From contig CP158635.1 in the NCBI GenBank assembly GCA_050273025.1, forward strand, positions 744,001 to 808,000: DNA of 64,000 bases, given 5' to 3'. Made by a program: the position numbers and the translations under genes. The notes under the pieces were generated by a model. It saw only the letters and a program-made list of their open reading frames with translations. It searched no databases and had not been told where the DNA came from. Positions 13,958 to 26,699 of this stretch are shown here, one piece after another. Positions within the stretch are counted from its first letter, which is position 1, and each line of letters opens with the position of its first letter. Source of the DNA: Cenococcum geophilum. Taxonomy: Eukaryota.

Positions 13958-16900
13958 ATATATAAAACACTTTAGATACTTTAACTAAATGTTTAAAAGT
14001 AGAGTACGGTATAGTAGAGCCTAATAAACGATAAATAACTAAAAGACTTTGGAGTGTTAGCGATATCAGAGCTATACGCATAGAAAACGGACGATATAGT
14101 TATAACAGTCTCTATAGGATACTTAAATTGGACTAAGGTAATACCTATAGTCTAGCGTAAAGAGAGGTGGGCGGTATGGAGTATGCTATAGGTTTAAAAA
14201 GACATTAAGGCCATATAGGTGCCAGTACAATCAGCAGACCTTACCGCGGCGGTGCTGCGCCTTTCCGACCGATTAGTACTAGTAGTGTTAGTATACGTTA
14301 AGGGAAAGAATATAGAGGCACTATAGGATATAACTGGTAAACTATACTAACTAATCTAGGAAATATAGAATAAGATAGGTATATAAACCGATATAATACT
14401 CGCAGGAGACTTTAATTAGCACAATTAGCTATAGGGAGGAAATGACGTATTATAGGCGAGATAGGGAGAAGCCGACCCAATTATTAATCTTATAGTAGAT
14501 TACTCCCTACGTAGCCTACTGCCCAGGGGTACGAAAATATAGCAAAATAGCAACCGCGAGACAATAATTAACCTAATTCTAGCATTAAACGAACTAGCAT
14601 CTATAATGGTAAAGTATATAGTATATGGGATAGAATACGGATCTAATTATAGGGCAATCGAGACAGTATTTAATATTGCGGTCCCTAAACGCGCTATGGA
14701 ATAAAGAATGCTCTTTAAGAATATATTATAGAACAAAATTAGAAATAGGGTCGCTACCGCCCTCCGTATTATCCTAGTGGGTAGTAAAGTATAGCAGTAA
14801 ACAGACCAGCTTATGGATATAGTGCTAGAGGTAGTCTACATATTAACTCTAAAAGCTAGACCGTTACTATATATAAAAAGGTAGTAGATAATAGACCTTA
14901 CGAAGCTCTACCGGGTATATACTTACTAGAGAAATTAGGTAAAGAACTAACGCTAAGCAGGCCAGATGTTACTAGAACTAGAGCAATAAGCAAAGGAGGC
15001 CTTAAAGGAATACTATAATGTAATACGGAAATAGAAAAGGATATATTGGGACAACTTCCTGGCTAATAACGTAAACATTTAGTAAGTAGCAAAATACCTT
15101 AACCTAAGCGGCAACTCAGCGTTTAATAAGATACCACTATTAGTAAGGGCGGATAGATCTACTATAAAAGGTAAAAATAAGCAAGCAGCAGAGCTATTAA
15201 CTATATTTTTTCCCCTACTGCTAATAGGAATAGAGGATAAGGGCCCGCGGCCTTAATAAACGCTAACACTAATGGCGCGTCTTATAATGGAAGAGGTAAA
15301 ATAGAAGATATTTGCGGTAAAGCTATAGAAAGCGCTAGGGGATAATAGACTACTAGCAATAGTATAGAGGCAGATATGGCCGGTAATAAAAGATAGGGTC
15401 CTGCTCCTCTTTTAGACCTTACTAAATAAAAGCGACCTTCCTAACTAATAGAGAAATGCTAAGATTATACCGCTTAAGAAGCCGAATAAAGGAGACTATA
15501 TAAAGGCAAGGGCATAGAGGCCTATCTCCCTACTATCTACGCTAGGTAAGATGCTAGAGTCCGTAGTTGCCGAGAGAATATCGTACGCGGTAGAGACTTT
15601 CAGTTTACTGCCTACAAATTACTTTAGGGTAAGGAAGAAGCGCTCTACTAAATAGGCGCTGCTGCTACTGTAAGAACATATCTATAACGCGTAGAGGTCT
15701 AAGAAGGTGCTTAGCCTTATTAGCTTTAATATAAAGGGTGTATATAACGGAGTATATAAAGAGAGGCTATTATAGAGGCTTATAGTAAGAGGTATACCGC
15801 CAGTACTAGTACGGTAGATTAATACATTCTGCTCTAATTAGACGGCGACTATCTTAGTTAACGGCTATACCTCTAACTAGTAATAGTTACTATAAGCAGG
15901 ACTACTATAAGGATCGCTGCTCTTACTAATACTGTTCCTCTTTTTTAACGCTAACCTAGTTTAGCACCGGCTTAATGCAAATGGAGGCTTAATAGCGTTT
16001 GTGGATAACTATAATATATAGGTTATAGAACCATTAGTAGCAGTAAACCGCGAAGGTATTTAGGCTATTATTAATAGAGTAATAAACTAGGAGAAACGAA
16101 GCGGCGCAACGTTTAAAGGTAAAAAGACTATATTAGTGCACTTTATAAGAAACGCGGAGCGGACTAATACTACCCCGTTTATAATTAAGGGAAAAACAGT
16201 TGCACTAGGGCATATAGCTAAGATTTTAGGGGTAGTTATAGATATAGAGCTTCGGTATAAGTAACATATCACAAAAGCAGCCACTAAGGGCCTTATCGCA
16301 GTAATAGCACTAAAGAGACTCTAGATAGTATCCCCTTTAACTATAAGATAACTATTTAGGGTAACGGTAGCGCCAGTAGTGGACTACGCCTTAAATATCT
16401 GGATGTACGCCTATAGGGGTTCCGCGTTAGCCGTAATAAATAGGGTATAAAGAATTAGAGCGTAGGCAATTATAGGAACTTTCCGCATAGTAGCTATAGT
16501 TATTAGGGAGGCCAAAGCAAGTATACAGTTAGTACGCGAGCGGCACTTAGAGAGGGCCATAAAGCTATAGGTCGACCTCCGTACACTATATAAGATAAAC
16601 CCACTATTAAGGCTCCGTACTAAGGTGCTCTAGAGGTTTACATCCCCACTATAGAAGATAGCCTATATATACTAATATACACCAATAAACAAGATAGAGG
16701 TTATATAACCCTACGTAGTACTACTATAGAAGGACTAATTACCTATAAGCATTAACCCAGATAAAGATAAGGTAACTAAAACAGCTAACTCTACCTAAGG
16801 GATATAGATCGCAACGAGCTCGTCTAGGAGGAGAGGCATAGTAGGGATAGAAGATATTATCCGTAACACCCTTAGCAATAGGGAAGCGGTTATATACTTA

Positions 16901-17712
16901 ATTATATTAGGACTAAGAGCAGAATAGAACCTATACACGGCTAAACTAGTAGTAATATTAATGGTGATAAGATGCTTACTACCGGATCTATAGGGGAGAT
17001 AGATTACTATATTTATTAGTAATTAGGCAGTATTACTAGCGCTTAGCTAACCTAAGTAATAGTCCGGCTAAATAAGTATTGCATAGATTTATAATATAGC
17101 CCGTACGCTAAGGTAAAGAAGTAACCGCTTTCTTATTATATAGGTCCTATAAGGGGAGTTCGAACTAGGCAAGAAGGCAAAAATAGTAGTATAATAAGCC
17201 ACTATACAAGGACGCCTACCGCGAGGACAATAATACTAGGCTAAGGCTACAATAATAAACACCGCAAAAATAAAACAGTGGGGTAGGAAAATACTACCGG
17301 AAGGAGTAGGAAGGTACTTAAGAAAAATGGATACAGCGCTACTAGGTAAATATACCTATAGGCTATATAACTCCCTTAAGCGAGGGGAGGTAAACGTATT
17401 GGCCTAGTTATGGACAGGAATAATATAACTTAATGGGTATCTGCACCGCATTAGGGCGGCAGAATTAGATTAATGTAATTGCGGTTAGGTAAGAGAAATA
17501 GTTAAACACTTCCTCTTTAGGTGTATAAAATAGATAGTATACTAAGAGTAAATGCTATAGCAAATAGATATAAGAAGAGGCAGCTTATCCTTCTATCTTG
17601 GGGGGAAGGCGCCAACTAACCCTAAATAGTGGACACTAAATGTAGACGCGGTCTAAGCGATAGTAAAATATGTAATAGCTACTAGACGACTTAAGGTAGA
17701 ATTGGATTAATA
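13958..17712 (+). pseudogene. LINE-A ORF2 (APE endonuclease, reverse transcriptase, RNase H, C-terminal Cys/His motif)
   Basis: [Q]IL[Q]LNV at the start; AGDFN ~14402; RPISLLSTLGKMLE ~15517; G[SP]LS[P]ILFLFFNA ~15910; AFVD[D]Y ~15995; NxYTA[E]L ~16928; C.CG..RETVKHFLFRC ~17475. Confidence 0.88.
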
Positions 17713-18048
17713 ACCCGTCTACTACAGTTAGAAACTCCTCCCCTTCCCCCCCTTTACGCTTTAACTAACCTATACTACGCACCCTTATGCTACTAGCAGA
17801 TCTCGCTTTAATTACCGAAGATAGGACACTAAATACTTGGAGGAACACCCCCCCCTAAGACTACCTGTTATTAACTACCTACGAGATTTTATAGAATAAG
17901 GTATAAGTAACACTAGGGAATACTAAATAAGGTATATGTACGGGCTTGTACGAGAATATGGCGAGACTAAAGGAAGCGTAATTATGTAATATAGTACTAG
18001 TGCCCTTTAGGCTTAGTGCCTCCGGGCGGAATAAACTTCATTATTATT

Positions 18049-20095
18049 AAAAGCTCTACTAAAAGCTCTACTAAAGGCTTTGCAGCACCTCTACCTACCT
18101 AGTGTACTGGCTAGAGCACACAGTGCGCAGTGGGGTCTAAGAGGGTCCCCCTTAAAGCTCTGCTCGAAGCTCTACTTAAAGCTTTACTTAAAACCCTATA
18201 CGGAGCTCTAAAGCTCTACTAACATACAGCACTAATATACTAGGAAGGTTCTGCAATCGGCCGTATAACCGCCTATACGGTTAATTGCCGTATAATTATC
18301 TTTACAAACGGCTCCACGAACGGCTCCACGAACAACTCCACAAACGGCTTTACGAACGGCTTTACGAACGGCTCTATAAACGTCTACACGATCGCCTATA
18401 CAAACGTCTATATAACTGCCCATGCGATCGTCTCTATAAACGTCTCTACAATTAATTACCCGTACGAGCGTTTGTACCCTATACGCCTATACATAGCTCT
18501 ATAGAAGCTCTATATAAAGCTCTATATAAAGCTCTGTAAAAGCTCTACTAAAGTCTCTACTAAAGCCTCTATAAGAGCTCTGCCCACGTAGTAAATAGAG
18601 CACGTAGTACGTAGGGGGGTCTAAGGCGGTCTCCCCCTTAAAGCTCTACTTAAAGCTCTGCTTGAAGCTTTGCTTAAAGCCCTATACAGAGCTCTAAAGC
18701 TCTACTAACTCGCAGCACTAATATATTAGGAAGGTTCTGCAATCGGCCGTATAACCGCCAATACGACCAATTACCGTACAATCGTCTCTACGAACGGCTC
18801 TACAAACGGTTCTATAAACGTCTACACAATCGCCTGTATAAACGCCCGTACGAACGCCTATATAAACGATCAATTAAACGTCTATATAATTGCCTATACA
18901 ATCGTCTCTATAAACGTCTCTACAATTCATCGCCCGTATAAACGTCTACACGCCTACATATAGCTCTATAGAAGATCTATACGAAGCTTTACACGAAGCT
19001 CTACACGAAGCTCTGCAAAAGCTCTACTAAAAGCTCTACTAAACGCTCTACCAAACGCTCTACTAAACGCTCTATTAAAGCCTCTGCAAGAGCTCTGCCT
19101 ATATTATAAATGGAGCACGTAGTGCGCAGGGGGGGTCCAAGGGGGTCTCCCCCTTAAGCTTAAAGCTCTACTTGAAGCTCTACTCAAAGCTTAATACGGA
19201 GCTCTAAAGCTCTACTAACACGCAGCACTGATATACTAGGAAGGCTCTATAATCGTCTACATAAACAGCTCTACAAACGGCTCTACGAACGTCTGTATAA
19301 TCGCCTGTACGAACGTCCATACAATCAATTAATTAATTAAACGTCCATGCAATTGCCTATACAATCGTCCCTACAAACGTCTCCGCAGTTAATCGCCTGT
19401 GTGAATGCCTGCATGTGGCTCTGTATAAGGCTCTGCACGAAGCTTTACCAAAGCTTTGCATAAAGCTCTACCAAAGCTCTAGACAAAGCTCTACCGAAGC
19501 TCTACACGAAGCTCCACCAAAGCCCTACACGAAGCTCCACTAAAGATCTATACGAAGCTCTGCAAAAGCTCTACCAAACGCTCTACTAAAGCCTCTGTAA
19601 GAGCTCTGCCTACGCGGTAAATAGAGCACGCAGTGCGTAGGGGGGGAGGGGGGTCTAAGGGGGTTCTCCCCCTTGAGCTTAAAGCTCTACTAACATACAG
19701 CACTAATATACTAGGAAGGCTCTATAATTATCTATATAAACGGCTCTATAAACGGCTCTACGAACATCTGCACGATCGCCCGTATAAACGCCCATATAAT
19801 TAGTTAATTAATTGATTAATTACCTATATAAACACCAATATAATCAATTAATTAACTAACTAAACGCCTGTATAAACGTCTCTATAAACGGCTCTACAAA
19901 CGTCCATATAATTAATTAGTCAATTAATTGCCTATACAAACGCTCGTACGAACGATCGATCAAACGCCCATACAATTGGATATACAATCGTCTCTATAAA
20001 TGTCTCTGCAATTAATCGCCAGAACAAACGGCTGTACGTCTACACGTCTGCACGTCTGCACGTCTGCACGTAGCTCTACCAAAGCTCTGCACGAG
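18049..20095. repeat. Higher-order tandem repeat: four ~480-520 bp units built from 11-12 bp subrepeats (aagctctac / aacggctctac / aacgtctac)
   Basis: Unit marker gagcacgcagtgcgcagggggg..tctaagggggtctccccctt recurs at ~18115, ~18598, ~19113 and ~19624. gcagcactaatatactaggaagg occurs in each unit. The same subrepeat lies left of LINE-A (4465-4494). Confidence 0.85.
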
Positions 20096-20477
20096 TGTTG
20101 AACGGACGATCAGGAATGAAAACTCTCCTTATTAAAGAGGGCTCTAGAAGCTCTCTTATATACATCAGGTAGGTCCAAATACAATAACAACGACGTCGTC
20201 ATGTAGTAGGTCATAGTTAAGAGAAATAGGTAATAAGACGTTCGATAAGACATACGAGCTCAAGATACGAGACAACTAAGACATAGTTCGTATAGACGAT
20301 CTAGGTCGTCAGACAGTATTACGATGGTAGTTACAGACCAAAACTCCCCTTGGCGGAATCCGACTCGGTTAGTCAGCATCGCCGCTCTACTTAGGCGCCA
20401 AGCACGCTCGACTTACCCACTGCTTAGGCTGCTCACCCTCCCGCTTAGGTTATGCTTAGGCTGCTTAGTCACGTTAC
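20096..20477 (-). mobile_element. LTR-like fragment inserted in the tandem repeat, apparently truncated on the right
   Basis: The subrepeat stops abruptly at TGTTGAAC (20096). The reverse strand has tatataag and aataa motifs and ends ...ttcaACA, as LTR 3' ends do. No matching opposite end or TSD (acgag) was found. Confidence 0.5.
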
Positions 20478-20908
20478 TGCTCCTCCATCTTATTAACTAA
20501 TTATGCCTTAAAAGTGCTACGTCCTTACTAATGCAAATTATTAACTCTATACAACAATCTTAAGGGCCGCGTTTTAGGCCTACAGGGTTTCTAAAACTAG
20601 GCCCCCCTTAAAATAAAGCATTTGCCCATCCTAAGCTACGCCTATATATAACATGGCGTCCCCAAAGGTATTAGTTAAAGAGGAGGTGCCTTATCTCTTG
20701 CTATAAGATCTCCTCTGGTCGCGTCCGTTCGCTCCATTCTACCTACCTACTACTTAATTTCCATCCTATCTTCTCTCTCTCTTTCTCTCTTTTTTTTTTA
20801 CCTACTGCTCTATAGCTCGCCCATCTATTCCTATAAGCTTATCTCTATATTCCTCTTCCCTCCCTTCTTTATATTAGCTTCTACTTACCTTATCCATTTC
20901 TCTATAAA

Positions 20909-23900
20909 ATGCTAAGAAAAAAAGACCCTTGCGAGTTCCTCGCCGTAGTAAGGGTAAAGGGCTCTAACTAAAGCAGGGAGGGTATAAACGGCACTAAAGT
21001 TTAAAAGCGTCTTAAGCTAAAGACAGAGAAAGCTTATTTTAGAAAGGTAGAGCTATAGTACTAGTAAGTTATAATTAGCGTACCGTAGCGGTTAGATTCC
21101 ATCCCGCTCTAACCCTTTACTAAATAAATTCGCTAAAGAAAATCCTAGTTCTTCTCTATATAACCTAGCATCCTTAAAAGATTTCGTTAAGAATATGGCA
21201 TATAGTATTAATGGCGTTAAGGATAATTTAATAGCAGCCTTAGATACCATTAGCTAGTACTAAAAAGAATTTATAGCTAGCTAGCGTCGTATTAATACCG
21301 TAATACCTATAAATATAACCCTCTCTATTACGAATATATATTCCGTTTATATTTCCCTATTTTCTCCTTATTAGAGTTCTAATCTTATTTAGTTTATTAA
21401 AGGCCCGCTAGCCAATAATCTAAAAATACCTAGAAAAAAAAGGCCGAAAAGGTTTATAACTAAGAACTACTTTATTTATTTAGGAAAGCAGCTATAGACG
21501 GCAGATTAGGTTGCGTATAAACGACCGGCAATAAGAGTAAACAATTAGGCGGACCTTATAGCCATTATTTATTCTTCCGCACAAGTTGGCGAGTATATTA
21601 AGTTTAGCTGTTAAGCGGGTTCTAGCTAGGGTTTGCACTATAAGGTAAAGAAACCCCCCCCCCTCCCTAATACGTATATATATATAGCGTAGTAAGTAAA
21701 TAAATTAACTCAGTTATAATATAGGATGTAACTTTTATAGTATTTCGCAATAAGTACAGAAATATAGAGTTTGCTATTTAAATCGTTTAAGATACTAAGA
21801 ACATAACTATAACACTAGATAAGAGGTAAGCGCTAGGTTGCTTAGCCTATTAAGTTAAGCGGCGGTTCTAATTCTTATATTAGTAAGCCAGAATACTCTC
21901 TATATAAGGGCATAGTAGTAATACCTCTTATTTACAGCCCCATGCTCCTAATACTGGCTATACTTATTATAGCAAAGGCGTTTAGGGACTATAACACTAT
22001 TAAAGAGCTCCTTAACATAGTACCACCGGAAGGGAAGATGCTTTATTTATAATAGAAAGAAAGTATACTTAACACACCTTTCTTTAAAAGTATATCCGTA
22101 AGACAGAAAATTAAAAAGGCGAACATATTTAGCTTTCGCCTTAAAGCGCTAGGTATCTATATAGGATACCCTCAGCCGCTTATAATTTACGACTTTAGGG
22201 CAGAGGGCTTATACTAGATTGGTATATATATAGTTGTTCCTTCTATCTTTAGGCTACTTACTAATTAATTTCTGGCAAAGATAAGCTGTATTTAGCCGCT
22301 TAAAGAATAAAGCATACTAGGCAGAGAGATTTAAATACGTTTAATAATTACTATATGCCTAATAATAGTGGCATAGATAGCTAGGCAAACTACTTCAGCA
22401 CTAAGCTACGCAGTATTATTAATAACCTTTTCCATGGTTTATCTCTCCCTTATAACCCAAAACTATAGCAATCTCTCCTAGTAGAGAAGCAGTATAAATT
22501 TAAGAATAGCTTAAAATATATTAATATAGAGGAGGAGATTGCCGCTCTAAAAGGGAAGAAGGACGTAAACTCTATAACCTATTAAAAGGAGCTTTATACG
22601 TAGAAACGTAAGCTAACTACTAAAGAACTCCATAAGTGGTAGAAGGTGCAGCCGTATAGACCAGATATCGGTAATAAGGATAATACCTTACCATACTATT
22701 ACCGGACTATATTTAACCAAACTTGATTTCTTATACCTAAACGGGACCGCCTTATATCTATACTTTTCGAGGTCACTACCTTATGGAGCCCTATAGGTCT
22801 TAACGCTCTCTACGATATAGTTATACTATATTAAAAGGATACCAAAGTAGAGTTTCGACCAGGCTTGGAGCTAGAGAAGTACCGTTACTCTAACTTAGCA
22901 GGCCAGCGGAAGACAGCTTAATCTCCGCTTAATAATACGAAGATAAAGACGACTTATAATTGGAGGCATATATATAACTGCTATAAGAAGAGTTATAATG
23001 GCTTTTCTAAGCTATGCTTCTAATGTAACTAGTGGATTTTTAGGAAGGCATAATAGAGCGGCCACTGCTAAGCGTATCTAGACGACCGTAAAAGACTTCC
23101 TATTTAATATAACCCTCTTATATACAATAGGGTGCTCGCCACTACTAGCTACTATCCTTTTTGCCTTAGTAGTACTGCGCTAGCTATAGTGTAAATGCAT
23201 TAATTCCTAAAACGGGCTATATAGAAAGAGCATATCTACAGATATATAGAAACCCTAAATAAAAGTAAACCACTAAATTGCCCTTACCTAGGTTTACAAT
23301 ATAGGGCGACATTTAATTTAGTTAGGAAGCTAAAATTCCATCTCTAGGATATTTATTACCTTAACTTTATTAAGGAACCAAAATCATTAAAAAGATTAAA
23401 AGAAGACTGTAAGGTAGAAATGCAGCTAGCCGAAGTTAAAAGGCAGAGGTCCGGCTATAAGAAGGAATTAAGCATAGGTAATAAAGCTCCAGCTAAAGTA
23501 GGATACGGTTTTATTAATAAGATAATAGAAAGCATTAGCCAATGCCCGTTTAACAGATCTATAACACCCTTAAGCCGTTTAATATTAGATTTCGGCAGTT
23601 ATATAAGTAGTGGCTAGACTAAAAACGGAAGCTTTCCTAGTACTAACACCCCACCGCTATCTATGTACAGTAGGATACTTAAGATAATTAACCCTAGACT
23701 TCTCCCTTAAGTGGCCATCCGGAGTAGCATAATATCTGAGTATAATGTAATTAATATAGTGGACCTTATAAACCCTAATAAAGACAGAACGCTTGCTCTA
23801 AATTAAAAAGATTCTAATATAACTTTAACTTCGCGTATATATTAATAACTAACGGCTAAGATTATTGCGTCTAATTAGGGTATAGATCGTCTTATATACG

Positions 23901-24436
23901 TAAGAGATATAGAGGACTATTTAGCTATTAAAGCCTTATTTTACGGCGTGAAACTAAAGGACTTAACTAATACTACTCTAAGCTTAGAATATATGGAGAT
24001 TAGGAAGCAGGAGTATAACGCTCTAGATACTCTAGTTGTTCTTAATAGCGCTAATCTACTTAGCCCTAGGTATATTAATTTTAGCATAACCCCTTATAGC
24101 GTGTACTTAGGATATACCTCTACTTCTAATCCACAAATTAATAGCCTACTATTACCAGCTAAATACACCAAGGGTAATATTAGAGAATTAACCTCTATAC
24201 AAGCTACTCGAGATATTGGCCCACTTACCCCCGTAAACGCGGAGGATAACCAGTTCACTATTAAACGGCTAGTCAAAAAGCGCCTCTGCTAAGTCAGCAG
24301 ACGCAAGAAAGTCCAGTATCTGGTTAAGTAAAAAGGGTATCCTAATAGCGAAAACACTTAAGAAGATAAGATAGATATATATAATGATCTAATTAAGGCC
24401 TTTAAAGCCCGGAAGCGCCTTAGCGTCTTAAAATAA
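20909..24436 (+). pseudogene. Starship captain: DUF3435 tyrosine recombinase with Cys/His zinc-finger-like region and C-terminal chromodomain (multi-exon, RIP stops)
   Basis: ATG at 20909. SSA[R]VGEYI...G[R]GLHYK (21573-21645). GYPQPL.I[H]DFRAEGLY (22165-22215). [QRM]KH..QRD..TFNNYYMPNNSG.D (22300-22380). C.QC..W......HC..H and CP......C..TF.....LKFHL.DI[H] (23010-23360). VQYLVK[W]KGYPNSENT[W]E (24311-24365). GT..AG introns at ~21646-21724 and ~22222-22280. Confidence 0.9.
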
Positions 24437-24949
24437 CCGTGGCCAGGGTCTAAAAGATTATCGTTTAATTATTACTCTTACTCCCTATTAGGTTTAAGGT
24501 TAAGCCTATAACTCTATAATTAGACGGACACATTAGGCACTATTTTCTATTATAATTTTTTCCCCTTTTCCTTTAACTTTTAACTTTGTTAAGGATACTT
24601 TAAGAATGCCTTTAATAGTTATAGTTATAGTTTACCAATAGAGATTTACGCCCCTAACTATATCCCTACTATATAGACTAAAGTTCTTAAATTCTAAGTA
24701 ATAAGAATTAATGCAGTAATATAGACCTACGCTAATTTTAGTATTACTACCACTTACCTCTTAAAAATGTTGCGCCATTGTCTTTCTTATAGTGTATCTT
24801 AGTTATACTATAAATATAAGGTTCCTAGAAAAGGTACCCTACTTAAAATAAGTATCCTAGGACTAGTTCTAGGGCCCTAAATCGCATTTTATTAGAACCT
24901 ATATTGTTTTTATACTAAGCTAAGCAGCCTTATATTACTTAGTTTAAAT

Positions 24950-25720
24950 AAATAAATATATCTTTTATTCGTTTTTTTGCGGATTATAGAGGTATAAACT
25001 AAAATAGCTCTAATACAATCAAGCAATATTAAACGCGGAAAGTAGAGGAATAAGTGCCGGGAGCAATTATTAAAACATATAGGTAAGACTAAGTAAGCTC
25101 TATTTAATTATAACTAACGCTTTTATAGGGAGTAAGTTAAGAATTATAATAGAGCCGTCATAAGTCCGTCTTATTTCTGGCCTAGACGACCCTTATATTT
25201 AAAGAGTGCTGCTAAAAAAGGAGAAACTATTCTTAAGAATTTTTTTAAAAAATATAAGCGATTATTCTATTAGTGCTTATAAGGAATTATATAAAGGAGT
25301 TAGTATAACGTTTAAGGCTGTATAGGTTATAGCTACTATAAAGATAAACTCTACAAAAGTATAAGGCGTTATAATATCGGTAAATGTGTATAAGATGTCT
25401 TAAATTATTAGGTTTCCTAACTTCTTATAGACGCTAAACTACCTAGAGGTTAGCTTTAGTGCAAAAATTAATAAGCTACAAACGGAAAATACCAGGTTAG
25501 CTTAAAAGTTAAGTAAATTAAGAGACAAGATATCTATAGAGATAGAGCTTAAGTAGCAGGCAGAGGAAGAAGTAAGTTAGCTTAGGAATATTAACTAGCA
25601 ACTTTAACGGGAGGCTTAGGACAGCGTAATAAAGTATATTTAAGGGCTTAATTTAATTAGGCTCCTATTAGAGGAGTTAAAGACCTAAGCGCCTCTAGGA
25701 GGTTACGAGGTCTTTTATTA
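24950..25720 (+). pseudogene. Hypothetical cargo gene with C-terminal coiled coil; boundaries approximate
   Basis: Intron gtaaga...ctaac...tag (~25083-25128), then KLRII.EPS[Q]VRLISG.DDPYI[W], then an E/K/Q-rich heptad-like segment at 25440-25690. Confidence 0.45.
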
Positions 25721-26699
25721 AGTTAAATCCCCAATCTAAGCTAGTAATTTAGATAGTTAAAAAATTTAAGTATATAAAATTCGCTATAAAAATAAGAGAT
25801 ATCTAGAAGGTTATAAGAGTGAGTAAGTAAGTAAGTATATAAAGTGGGAATAAAAGAGTATAGGACAAAAAGCGTTCTTTTTTTTTAATCCTAGTTACAC
25901 TAAGCATAGGAACTACTTTAAAAATATAACAAGTAATTAGGCGTTAGGCTTCGCGCTCTAACTTAAGAAAAAGATATATCCTTAACTTTAGACTAGTAAG
26001 TAGTTATAATTTACAAAGATTCCTAGCTATTAACGCTTTACTTAAGCAAGTACTTCCTAAGGCTTAATAACCTAAACAAAACTCTCTCCTCGGAACTGCC
26101 GTCATCGTACAGTAACGCCAATAACTCGCTACCTAAATCGATATTATTATGTAGACGTATAGTAATATTTAGGAATACACCGTCTGCGTTATTCCTGCTA
26201 TTAAGCATTAAGTATTACGGTAGGGGTTCTTAGGTTAAGGCACTTAATTCCATTAGTTGTTATTTATAGGCCCAATTAAAAACCTAATAAGAAAAACGAT
26301 AGATATGGGGTTTTAAACGGTTCTAAAGCATAGGTTAAGACCTAGTAAAGGCTATAACCCGTAGTAGGCGTTTAATAATAATAAAAATGCATATACTAAT
26401 AATTAGAGATATTATTAGTTAATAAGGAGACGAGATAGTATAATATATATATATTTCTAGTATGGATTTTATAAAATTATCTAATAATATTAATTTATAA
26501 AAAAAATAGAAAGGGCCTAATTCTGGGCCCCCATTACATCGCTATAGGTTGGCTATTTTTATATTACTTAGGACCATTTTTGGGACTAGAAGTTCTTATA
26601 TAAGTATTAAAAGAATTTATATAGAAACTGGCCTATTCCTATTTTAATATAACTAGTTTTAAAGCATTCTCTTAAAGTTTATTATCCTCTTACTATAGC

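Larger units (their letters stand above)
4495..18048 (+). mobile_element. Full-length Tad1-like LINE (LINE-A), RIP-degenerate, interrupted by a Gypsy element
   Basis: 13-bp TSD aaaagctctacca (4482-4494) / aaaagctctacta (18049-18061). The 3' end has aataaa and a (tta)n tail. ORF1 has CCHC knuckles; ORF2 has endonuclease, RT and RNase H motifs. Confidence 0.9.

Noticed and set aside
18232..18423. 63-aa repetitive minus-strand ORF
   Set aside because: It is explained by 12-bp subrepeats and is not maintained as an ORF in the other repeat units.
20300..20600. 5S rDNA or tRNA as the Starship target site
   Set aside because: No recognisable 5S or tRNA sequence near the inferred boundary.
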